A DNA stretch of 63,765 nt, the filler included, from Collodictyon triciliatum (taxonomy: Eukaryota): NCBI GenBank assembly GCA_043381765.1. It is 7 parts of 7 records of this genome, joined end to end, with 100 filler letters (N's around TTAATTAATTAA, not from the genome) between each part and the next. Parts side by side here need not be neighbours in the genome. Positions count along the whole stretch, not along the records: positions 1 to 10,602 come from JBHJMP010002622.1; positions 10,703 to 21,328 come from JBHJMP010002623.1; 5 more parts are not named here. One strand, 5' to 3'. The notes beneath the pieces are model-generated. The model was not told the origin of the DNA, searched no databases, and saw only the letters and a list, made by a program, of their open reading frames with translations. This document shows positions 1 to 11,875 of the stretch, piece by piece. A program made the position numbers and the translations under genes. Numbering within the stretch: position 1 is the first letter of the stretch; each line of letters opens with the position of its first letter.

Positions 1-1
1 A

Positions 2-2375
2 GAGGAATACTACTGGGAAAAGATAACAGAGGAAAAGTATCGACCGGATGAAATAGGCAAACCCAACCTCATTTTTTTTTTTTATCTTTTTATTCCAAAA
101 GTTGCGCATGATATTTCTTTTCACAATTTTTTTCCTTTATTCGATTCAAAGTTTTCTTTTCACTTAATTTACGAATCATGCATTAATCCTGTTTACTCAC
201 TTTTTTTTTTATTTGTCCTCAATCGGCTTTTTTTTTAACATACATTTTTATTTTATCTGTACTAGATAAATTGTTTGAAGACCTTCCCTGGTGTAAAGAT
301 ACGTCGGTCAACAATGTAAATACTGAGGTATTGTTTCAGAGATTCTTTGAAGCAGCCAAAGGAAAGAATGAGATACAATGGATATTAACACGCTCAATTA
401 TGCTTTTGGCTTCCCTGGGTACAAAATTCGTGAGCATTTATTGTGTCTTCATTTTACAGGAGTTCCCTCTCCTTTACACACACCTTCATATATGAACTTA
501 ATACGAGGGTTCGAAAAAATCATATGCCTTATTTTATCTTACACACAACATGTTATAAACTTGTATTGAACTTTTCAAACAGAAGATTTCAAATATTTAA
601 AACCTTTTCGGTCTTGCGTATTTTTATCTTTGTATTTCAATTTACAATTTCGTTTTCTGATATTGCAGCTGCATGAATCTGACCACCTTCCCGCTCTTGG
701 CACATTCCAAATGGCCTTAGAGATAGTAAGACATATACCCAATGAAATGCAATCCAATAAATACTTAAGTCGCCCCTTGGGATTAATATATAGGTATAGT
801 TTACTCACTTCAGTAGCAAGACATATATTTTAACATAGCAATCAAATATGTGCATTTCCCCCCATCAAAATTGAACGCGGTCTATGTTAATTTCTTCGAA
901 TATAAGCGGTCTAACATCGATTTATGAAGAAGCCCAAGGAACGTCACATTTTTCTCAATACTTTGCCAGAGCCTCTGCATACCATATGGTTGTAATTTTA
1001 TCTTCAAATTTATCCCACGAGATGACAATGCATCGACGTATCCTTTTGGAAAAATGCATCGATTGTTCTCTTGCAGAATTTTTAAAGCTTTTTCCTTTTA
1101 TACCCTAGAACTGCCGAAAAAGAATTCAGAGACCTGAGTTATCACCCAAAACACTAATGGTGCGGTATCACGCCGAAAAAAGAAGTATGCATGGCTCAAT
1201 AGTAGCTTATAGATAATCTTACCCAACTACTCTACTCATTTGTGACCCAAATTTTTTTGCATGTACTAGTTGGATTTAATTTACTTTATATTAGGTAAAG
1301 CAATCTTTAAACTCATCGGGTTGATGCATATAAAAAATGTCGCATCAATTATCGAGCATACATTACCTATATTCTCACAGGTTGTGGACGGTATAATAGT
1401 TCTCGATAACAATTCAACCGATGATACGTACCAGAAAATATTAAAATTAAAAAGTTCTTGCAAAATTATATCCATTATGTCCTTTTCCAACGAGGAAAAG
1501 TTACAAGAACTCCAAATGAAGCAAATTCTCCTACAAGAAGGAAGAAAACAAAATGGAACTCACTTCATGCTCATCGATGCTGATGAAATTCTCTCATATA
1601 ACTTACTTAAGAACGGATTTATAAAAAACGCAGTTTCCCAGCTGCAACCACTCGAAATGATAACTGTTCCATGGGTTCACGCATGGCAGTCGAGCTCATA
1701 TTTCCGACTTGAAAATTCATTCCGGTATAATGTATTGAACCGTAGGCAATGTATTGCATGGACTGACCACCCACACCTCAATTTCTGCGATATGCGCAAA
1801 TGCATTGCTAGGATTCATATACCAAGGTGCCCCATGATTCAAAATCTGGGTCGCGTGATTCATTTCGGAGGAATGTCAAAAGTTTTGATTCATCTTCGCT
1901 TTTTGGAGGATATAGACGGAATTCTGGTCAAGCAAGCATGGTATATGATGAAGGAGAAAATCATGAGCCCTTTCAAAGATGACGAAAAAATAAGAAACTT
2001 TTACAAGGAGGATTTTCATATAACTAGAGACAATATCCAACCAGTCCCGAGGAGATGGTACTTGGGTTATGGCCGTAAGATTTCACCTCGCTGACATAGT
2101 TTTGTCGAATTATATCTATCTACCATTTATTATCATTTTAATTACACGCAGGGGAATTTTTAAAAGCTCTGGAGAAGGCCTACCAACCAACAGATTATTG
2201 GAGAGAAAAGGACATTCTGTATATGAACTATACATATCCAGGGTAATTAAACGTGCTTTCTTTATATTGATAAGACCTTGATTATAAACACGATTCTAGG
2301 CTATTCTCAGAGCTCAAGGTTGATGAGGTCATTATAAAAGCGAATCACCGGATAAATGGAAATAATGGGTTTTGA
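2..2375 (+). CDS. Multi-exon protein with a C-terminal glycosyltransferase family 2 (GT-A fold) domain; 5'-partial
   Basis: Exon 1295-2074 encodes IGLMHIKNVASIIEHTLPIFSQVVDGIIVLDNNSTDDT...THFMLIDADE (DxD motif). In-phase introns join upstream exons (from <2, ~266, ~460, ~669, ~907, ~1109) and two downstream exons ending NGNNGF-TGA at 2373-2375. Confidence 0.8.
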
Positions 2376-3738
2376 CAATCAGAAAATATTATCCGAAAAT
2401 AAATAACCTGCATTTTTGAATATATTTTTTTTTATGGCACTGTTATATTTCTTTCTCGTTGCATAAACGGGATTAGATATTGATGGATGATAATAATAGA
2501 TTTTTGATGTTCACTTTTATTAAAACTATAACTTCTTACAAACAAAGCTTTAATTTTAAGAAACCAAACGTCTACCATGTACGCTTTTTATCCTTTCCTA
2601 CTATAATATATTATTTATTTCTATCAAAGACGTATTGCCTGCTGAATCTGTGTCGTAGAAAGTCAAAAATTTTAATCATTTATTGTATGACATGCTTTAG
2701 TAACTGCTATGAAAAATATGAAACAGAAAATGATGCTATCATCCCTTGACGGCGTCTATTGTTGGTCATTCATCACCAAATCACACCCACACTCCTTGGC
2801 TTTGTCGAGCTTGTTTCACATTCTTGTGGCTCCATTCCAGCACATCAATCCCAGCTTATCCATGGACTTTCGAGTCCTGGCACGGGTCACATCTAAATTT
2901 GAAGATGATAACATTCGTGGTAATAAAGTACACTGAGTCTCATAATGTACATAACGCGGCGCCTGCCTAGTAAAACCACGAAGCAGAGAAGCAATTGTTG
3001 AGTTAGGATCACTTTATATACAAGTAATCATATTAGGTCATTTTATTATGTATATACGGATTCTTATAGCTTTTTGTGTGTACAATATAGATAAATATAA
3101 TATGATTCCCACATTTAGGTAAATAGTACATGACACATTTGTGGAAGTGACGATACTTTTCCTTTTTTAAGATTCCTCAATGACACACCGCTCTCTTCAT
3201 CCTCAACCCAGCACGAAGACAATCTGCTATTCACCGAGCCTTCTCTTCATTAACCTCTATTTCATTTGCTCATTGTTTATTTATATTCTACCCTTCCATT
3301 TTCATATTTTTTTTTGACTATAAACATATCACTCTGTCGGTTCCCTGCTATCCCTCCTCTGCTGCATTTTCTTATCATTTCTCAGCCCCGTCCTTGTTTC
3401 CAAGCGTATTGTTTTTGGCCGCCCTCTCCTCCAGAGTCACAACTCATGGCCACAGAGCTATGAGAATACGAAACGCTTCGCACCATCGAAAAAAGAGAAG
3501 ACTTGATGATATTCTCCATTCAAAAAGAAATAAAATAGAAAACATCCTTTTTCTTTGTTTTCTTTTCTTCATCCCGACAGGTTTATATAATAGTGTTTAA
3601 AAAGCAAGAGCGCAGCAAGTTAAAACAACAACTCAACAACAACAATAATTATGATGCTTGGTGATTAAGTGCCTTGTAATTTAATCTGTCCTCTCATAGG
3701 CTTTTGTCAAACCCAGGGCTCTAAAGACCAGCTTCCCC

Positions 3739-6700
3739 ATGCGCAAACACCGCCAGTCAAAAGGTATTCAATCTACGCCTTTTTTTTCTGAAGAAAGAAG
3801 ACAATTATTGATTTTAAAAAGCTTTGTAAAAAAAAAAAAGGGAGTACAGACCATAAGAGTCGTTATACCTTTGAAAACTCCATCAAAAATACAAGTAAAA
3901 CTAAAAAAAAAATAAACCAATAAAAACACAATAAAAAACACAATAAAAAACACAATAAAAAACACAATAAAAAACACAATAAAAAACACAATAAAAAACA
4001 CAATAAAAAACACAATAAAAAACAGACTCCTCTGCCCACACCGATCCACTTACCGGCGTGCCATTTCTCCAACGCGGCGGAAATTTTATTCATACTGGAT
4101 GGACAGATTCTGCAACGCATACAACACAACCTTCGTCCTCTCTTTTTTCATCATTCGACTCTGCCTCTCCTTCTTCAGCAGCAGATTCTTTTGTGCCACC
4201 ATCGGTAGATTACGGGTTCAACTTCTCATATCGTTTCCAAAACCCGGGTGCGAACTCAGCACATTCCCATTCAAGTTCTGAGTCACCACAGCTGCAGCCA
4301 CCACACATTCCTCCCATGTCAGGTGCAGATACCGATCCAAACGCGAGAAAAAGTTCCCGACGCAATTCCATGCTCTCGTATCGCGATTACGTGTCGCAGA
4401 GTCTTTTTCAACCGCCAAATCAGATGCATCCACCCAGTTATGCAAACATATTTTCGTCTCGTAGTGAAAAATATGATTCACAGAAAAGCGCGATGGATAC
4501 ATCACCTCCGTTAAATGCACAAAACTCACGCGAAATGAATCAGAAGCTTTTTAATGAAATTGAACTGCTTCATGAAAAAGCCTTAGTTGAGGGGACATCG
4601 ACAACAGAAAAGTACCATTCATTTCTCCCCTATTTATTTGAATCTGTAAACCCTATCTTTATCTTAGGATGTCCTCCATATTAGCGGTGTATTTATGCAT
4701 TCATATGAGCAAGTATAATACATATATTCACCAATCATGTTTTTCTCCAAATTATGATACAGGATATATAACACCTTCATGACAAATCAGCCATCTAAGG
4801 GACCTTCGTATGATTACACCTCAGCAAACACACTGGGATTAGAGTCAAAAAAGATGACACAAGTAATTTTCACACTTCCATAGTCTACTTTTATCTCGTC
4901 ATATATATGACAATATCTCATTTAATCGATCTCACGGCTATATCAATTAATCCTATACGGGAAGTAGCTTGCAGACAACCAAGTATAATATCTGCAGCTT
5001 AAATGTGATATCATATCGATCCAATAATATAGGATTCGCCTATGAGTGATAGTTCACGTTCCATATCCGCATCTCCAAGTCCATACACACACCAGAATCA
5101 AACTTTGACCATAGCTAACTTATATGGTGGAGTAACTCCTAGTGTAGTCCAGCGAATCGTCGAAATATACCAAAGAAATGGATCACTCAGCCGCGTAAAC
5201 ATTATTTATCTCTAACGCATTCTCTTTTTTCTTAAATAGTTGCCTTCTATCATAATTCTGAATTTAATTATAATTCTTTGCAGGATGTGGTTATGCATAT
5301 CTTACAAATGTGCATACAATATTTCAGGACGCTGGAGAACATAAACAGAATAGACCACGATCAGATATTTATCAAAAAGAGAACTATAATAGTAGGTGAT
5401 TTGCATGGTCAATACGAAGACCTATGCTACATCCTCAGTACATACGGAAGCCCCTCTGAAATCAATAATTATGTATTTAACGGCGATTATGTCGACCGAG
5501 GCCAAAAATCCGTGGAAGTTGCAATCACTCTTCTATGTCTTGGTCTCTGCTACCCGAATTGTGTTTATCTAAATCGTGGCAACCACGAACTGAGGTACTC
5601 GATGCTCTTTTGATGTTCCACTGCTTTGTTATCTTTCACATTTTTTTAAATAAACTTTTTTCACCGATCGAATAAAGGAAAAAAAAAAAAAAACTCCTTT
5701 CACTATCCTGCGCTTTTATTTCTCCTATCTCTCATTTAACCATACACCTTCTTTTTTATAGGAGTGTCAACACTCAATATGGATTTCTTTCGGAGCTGTC
5801 TATGAAAAAATATGACCCTGATGTATTCGACCTATTTCAAAAAGCCTTTTCAGCACTTCCACTCATCACAACAATCGGTCGAGACGTTATTGTTGTTCAT
5901 GGCGGGATCACTGTTCATGCAAATTCATGTCTTTCCCCCTTTTATTTTACTACTGGCAAAGCTGTTTTAAATCTCACTTTTATTATCTAACAAAAAGATA
6001 AGAAATTGTATATATTTCAATCTCTCCGAGTATTCTTGTTCCCATGGATATCTTATTATATATTTTCCTTTGTACTGACCAAGTGGTTATCGATGCAAAA
6101 TCTTATCAGGGGAAATTATTCGCTCCATAAATCGTTTTGTGGAGGCGACTCATCAATCCCCAATCATCGATGAGCTACTGTGGAGCGACCCATGTAGCAT
6201 CAACGGAATAACGCCTAGGTGGTTTTCTTTAACCTACTCAAAAGTCATGTACATTTTTCTCCCAAATCTGCGAAAATTCACCGTTCTTACATAGACCGAG
6301 TCTAGGATAACTGTATCTAATCAATTCCTCTAACTAGTTCAAGAGGAGCTGGGTTAGAGTTTGGACCTGATGCTACAGAAAGGTTCTTGGCAACACTTGG
6401 ATTCACAACGTTAATTCGTTCGCACGAAGTGAAAGATAATGGATACGAGGTATGTACGCTGAGACCTTCTACTTTTCTCTCCTTTCTTTTGTCTCTTCAC
6501 AGCCAACATTTCTTTTTTTTCTGTAAAGTCTGTTCAATTCAAAGTTCTCAAAACACTCTTACTTTTCTTTACAATGCTTAGGTTACACATAATGGGAGGT
6601 GTATAACAGTATTTTCAGCGTCCAATTACACAGGAAAATACGGAAATAAGGTTCATAAACTCACTCGGGTTTCACTCTTTTATTTCTATCAGCACACATG

Positions 6701-9700
6701 CCCATGATTATGAATTCCCCCCTCAATTCTGCTTCCTTTCCATCTTGTTACGAATAGGGTGCAGTAGCAATATTGGATCACACAAGTCGGTTATACATGT
6801 ACACCCACTCAGCGATAGGTATACCTTTTTACTACAGTTCTCTGTTAGTTTCACATCCTTTTTTTCTGCATGTCGGGTTCTTTATACCTTCAAAATTAAC
6901 GCACTTGAAATAGATGTACGGGGGCAATATCAGGTCGCGATGTAGGCACTCTTCTTACCCCTTGCATATTTCGACTTGTACAAAGACTATAATCACTATT
7001 CTGAAATATCTTTATAGTGGTTTCTTTACACATATATAATCCCTTTTAGAACAGACAATGATCTGGAAGTTTCGAATATGATTTACATCGCTGAGCTAAT
7101 ATTTGAAAAGAAGCCTGTGATTGCTGAGAAGTTTCGGCAGGCCGAGCAGGTTGTCTTTTTTTTTCTTTTTTCTTGTTTAAATTGAAACCTAATCGAAAAA
7201 TGACAAGCAGTATATATATAAAAAAAAGAAAAATCCATATGATTGAAATAGTCTCTTTAAAAAAACATTTTGCATATTTTATTTATTTACAATTACCTTG
7301 CTACAACGACTTAGTCATTTTTTTTTTGTCTTGATGTATATATGCAATTGTGAAAGATTTACCACTTTATGTTTATAGCTTGATAGAAAGAAGTACAATT
7401 CAAAGAGAGGTTTCTTTTAAACTTTAATACGTATAAGCCAATGCGTTCTGGATTTTTTTATATTCCTTTTAAACTATCGAAATAATCCTTTTTTTTTCCC
7501 TTTTGGTGACCCCTTAGGCTTGATAAGCTACGAGACTTGGATAAGTGTAATGAAGGATACTTTTCCATTGAACATCCCCTGGGACTGGCTTCGGGTATTT
7601 ACAAAATAGCGTTATACATTTTCGTTGAATTTGGTTTTGATCTATAAAAGTAAAGGGTATTCCTTTCCATCATTTTTTTTTATTCATGTAATATTTTTAT
7701 ATGCCTTTTCTCCTACTACTGCAGTCTCCCAATATTTTTAATGTGTAATCCTAAATGAAATTTAGTCCAGAATTGCACCTGGAGCAAAGCCTGGGTTTAT
7801 CGACTATAATTTATTTCTTGCCCAGTATGACCTTGATTCTCCAAAGGTTGTCAGTCAGAGTTATTTAGAGAATATCTTTTATTTCTCTTGATTTAAATCT
7901 AAATTTACATTTTTTAACCAAATTAAAATTATTTAGTTAAAGCAGTGGGAAGTAGAAATCGTCCACAAAGTAGCCACCAGAATTTACTCTTCTAAGTCAT
8001 CTCTTGGCGAAGCTTTCAAAAAATTTGATGTGAATGGGGATGGTATGAATATTTAAGAATCACTTTTCCTTTCAACAATAAATCCAGCGTAAGCAAAATG
8101 AAGTTTCATCGAATCATAATATTTCCGAATATTAAATCCTTGGTATTTTGTATTATCAGGTACACTGTCGTACACTGAATTCCACACGGCCATGGAAGAA
8201 ATGAGTCTTGGTCTTAGTAAAGAGCAGGTCGCTATAGCATCTTGAATATCTCATTCGCTTCAAACAACAACAATTCAACCTCAGCTCAAAATTCTGTGTT
8301 TTGTTGTAATTGATTTCCAATTTTTTGATGGACTATTGCCCATATTTATGCAATAAAATATTTTTTTTCTCGCTCGCCCAGATAACACACTTTATTATAT
8401 CTACGGATGAAGATATGGACGGCTCTGTGAGTTATGAAGAATTCATAAAAAGATTCAAGATGCAATTCAAAAAGGTTTGCTTCATCATCCTTTCTAGATG
8501 ACATAGTAACCGTGTAATGCAGTATGCACTTTTTGGAGTCTTTCACGTTTAAAATGTCAGATTCGACTTTACAGTGAACTATTTCACATACCATTTAATT
8601 TGTCTTTTTTATTTTTATCAAAGCCTATCGGAAAAATAAGCGAGGAAGAGGTTAAGGAAGTAGAGAATCTCGTAAATAAGTTGAGTGTGATGTTTGCCAA
8701 CAAATCGGTATTCCATTTATCTTCTGATTTCTTGATGTAATATGATTTATGCCAGTTCTTTTACTTTTTTTTTTTTTTAATAAACTCCTCATTTCTAAAT
8801 CACATTCAATCAAGTTATCAGCTAAACAAGCTTTCCAACGATTCGATTCGGATGGAAGCGGTAGCTTATCACATATTGATTATATCATGAGCAATATTAA
8901 ATTAAATTAATTAATATTTTCTCCTGTATTTGTATTTGACACATTTCATATCTAAATCTGCAGGGTATATTACATTCGCTGAGCTTACAGAAGCATTGCA
9001 GACAATGTTTGGAGTATGTATGACACCATTTCAGGTGAGTTGAATCGGGTCAGCTTTATCGAATTATCTCAAAGATTAATAGTCACATTATGGGATGAGG
9101 ATAAATTCAGTTAGAATTAAATCCTGGTTTCTCCAAATCAATAGAACCAATACTTGATGGATATTTTGGACTCAAACGCAGACAACAACATTAGCTATGA
9201 AGAATTTATGAATGCCTTTGATGTAGTCGATATGAAGGCAATATTTTATTCGGATGAAAATAATCATTCCGTTTTCATACTTGCCAATATGATAATTTTT
9301 CATTTAATCGAGTCTTACTCAGATTGAAATCTTGACCGTCGCTTCAACGATGTTTACATGGGAATATCGTTAGTGTTCTGGATTCTAAGTAGATTCTTAA
9401 ATTTACAGGGAAACGATGGGGGCCTCGTCTCTATGCTTGCTTCAAAACTTTTCAGAAATAGAGCCACGCTTCGCTCCGCCTTCTTTTTCTTAGACCGCGA
9501 TTCTTCAGGTTGGCATAATGCCGTGGTCCATTTTTTCTCCAGGAAAAATCCAGTATCGCAACTATTGATTTTCTTAAATGTATTTTACAAGTTATCCAGT
9601 ATTTTTCTTTGTCGACTGTATCAATACAAGATTTTTTTTTTTTTTAATGATTGGTTTCTAGGAAGTATAAGTCGTGACGAATTTATGGAAGGCATGCAAA

Positions 9701-10032
9701 TTCTGAATGCTCAGCTCCCTGACTCATTCAGTGATACGGAAATATCGACATTGATGGACACATTGGATTCGAACAAAGGTTGGTGCAACTTCTATTTCAT
9801 TCATTCTGTGATAGCCTGATTCCGATGCTATCTTTCATTCTCCAGTATATCCACAGCCCCCATGTTTCTAATATCAAATTATTTTACGATTTTCTTCATT
9901 CAATCGATCCTTGCGATGTGATGGTTAACTCATTAATTCGATGAAATATCCGCAGACGGAGAAATCAGCTATGATGAATTTGTTGATTCTTTTTCGCGCG
10001 TGATATATCGCAATCCAAAGGAACGGTCATAA
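3739..10032 (+). CDS. PPEF: PPP-family Ser/Thr phosphatase with EF-hands (PPEF/RdgC-like), >20 exons; start codon uncertain
   Basis: Spliced translation gives GDLHGQ, GDYVDRG, RGNHE, VHGG, LLWSDP, SRGAG.EFG, IRSHE and HNGRCITVFSASNY, then IPWDWLR and EF loops DVNGDGTLSYTEF, DEDMDGSVSYEEF, DSDGSGYITFAEL, DSNADNNISYEEF, DRDSSGSISRDEF and DSNKDGEISYDEF. Stop TAA at 10030-10032. Confidence 0.9.
3918..4024. repeat. 12-nt tandem repeat (AATAAAAAACAC)n in the first predicted coding intron of PPEF
   Basis: Read directly; lies just before the AACAG acceptor at 4025. Confidence 0.95.
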
Positions 10033-10427
10033 TGGCAGCATTGGCGGGTGTTATTATTTTCTGATCACATCTCCCTCCAAGCAAGTTCAGAGCGACGTTT
10101 GTTATATTTATCTGGAACCAGCGATATTCTAGTCCTGGCATGTAGAATGAGATTTATACAGAGAATTCAAAGTATTTTTTTTTTTATGAAGAAATGTAAC
10201 GTACTGTAGATTGGCTCTGTTTTGTGCTCATGAATCTAAAGTCATCTTGCATTCTCATTGTTTTTCTTTAAATTGCTCCACCATTTTTAAGATTCCCTCC
10301 CTCCTCTTGACATGTACTCTTATCAAAAAAAAAAAAAAAGCTTGGTATTACCAACAACGCCTCCGTTTCGCACTTATTGCTCGGTTATTTCTGGCACTTT
10401 GCTCATTGAAACAACAATAAAACAACA

Positions 10428-10602
10428 ATAAAACAGAAATAAAACAGAAATAAAACAGAAATAAAACAGAAATAAAACAGAAATAAAACAGAAATAAAAC
10501 AGAAATAAAACAGAAATAAAACAGAAATAAAACAGAAATAAAACAGAAATAAAACAGAAATAAAACAGAAATAAAACAGAAATAAAACAGAAATAAAACA
10601 GA
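10428..10602. repeat. 11-nt tandem repeat (AAATAAAACAG)n running into a contig end
   Basis: Read directly. Confidence 0.95.
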
Positions 10603-10702
10603 NNNNNNNNNNNNNNNNNNNNNNNNNNNNNNNNNNNNNNNNNNNNTTAATTAATTAANNNNNNNNNNNNNNNNNNNNNNNNNNNNNNNNNNNNNNNNNN
10701 NN
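10603..10702. other. Artificial contig-joining spacer 44N-TTAATTAATTAA-44N
   Basis: Identical 100-nt spacer occurs six times; the 12-mer puts stops in all six frames. Confidence 0.97.
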
Positions 10703-10789
10703 TTTTTTTTTTTTTTTTTTTTTTTTTTAGATTTGATGTAATTGTATAACGACATGTTGGGTGATGCTTACAATTATCTCAAACAAAAG

Positions 10790-11498
10790 GATTGACGATG
10801 CCATAAAATACTCGGAGAAGGCACTTGAAATCCGTCAAAAGCTGTATGGGCCCAATCACGTGGGGATAGCCCATATCTACACTGTGTTCGCTGCGATTTG
10901 GAGCAGAATGGCCGAGTGAGTATTCAAAATCCATCATTGCGATAAGAGAAAGGAGATAAAAAAAAACATTCAACCATATCTATATGTATGACTGAATTAT
11001 AAACGCACGAACTCTGTCTATTTTCCACGTTTTATTTACTTATTTATTTATTTTTTAAAAAAAAAAAGGACATCAAATGTCTTGCAGTAGCTGAACGAAA
11101 AGAAAGAATTAAGCACGGCTTAGTGCACTTAATGTCTGCTAAACTATCATTATTCTCACAGCTTCAACAAAAGCTATTCGTATCTCGAGAAAGCTCGCGA
11201 AGTCATGCATTCTGTGCACGGAGAAACCCACATGGACTGGATCGAAGCAAACACAAGCGTTGGCATCTTCCAATACCGAATCCTTGGCGAGCAACTCAAG
11301 GCCAAGAAAACCCTCGAGACCTCCCTGTCGAAATGCCTCGAGCTTGGCCTCGATCCTTCAAGCAAGAAAGTCATCAGCGTAGTGGAGGAACTCCGCGGCC
11401 TGATGAACGAAATGCTCGGGGCAAGTCTCTTCTGCGAGCCCGAGGAAGTGGAGGAGTTTCCCGAACAGTGGCTGCACCGCAACATACTCTCCCGCTAA
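10790..11498 (+). CDS. 3' end (last two exons) of a kinesin-light-chain-like TPR protein; 5'-partial
   Basis: IDDAIKYSEKALEIRQKLYGPNHVGIAHIY splices in phase to DFNKSYSYLEKAREVMHSVHGETHMDWIEA...; stop TAA at 11498. Confidence 0.75.
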
Positions 11499-11875
11499 GC
11501 TGCAATCAAAGCCGCAATCACAGCCGCAATCACAGCGTCATCATCACCAAATCCCCCTGCCAGCTCTTCGAGTGCCGAGAAACGATGCGATGCAGCGACC
11601 AGACTTGGCGATATAAAAGCGTGTGAGTCTTGCAAAAGTGTTGCTGTTGGTTGAGTGATTTGTTGCTTGTGAGTGGAGACGTGTGTATTACGCGATGTGT
11701 TTCTCGAAGTGGAGGCATTCTTGTTGTGGGAGATGTGCCGTTCAGGCAGAGAAGGATTCGGCTCTACACGCAAAACTCGGGACCTGCTTTCTGTTCACTG
11801 GGCGATGGCTTTGTTCTAGTGTCTGTCGGGTGGATCTGGGTGGTTTGGTGCCAAGGAGAAAAAGAAAAAGAGACG

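Noticed and set aside
1038-1047. GTATCCTTTT, a perfect U12 GT-type donor motif in the GT2 gene
   Set aside because: It would be phase 1, and every nearby acceptor then gives a stop. The ordinary phase-0 donor near 989 spliced to 1109 keeps the frame.
10647-10658. TTAATTAATTAA as a biological palindrome or piggyBac TTAA site
   Set aside because: Always centred in 44N+44N; it is an assembly linker.
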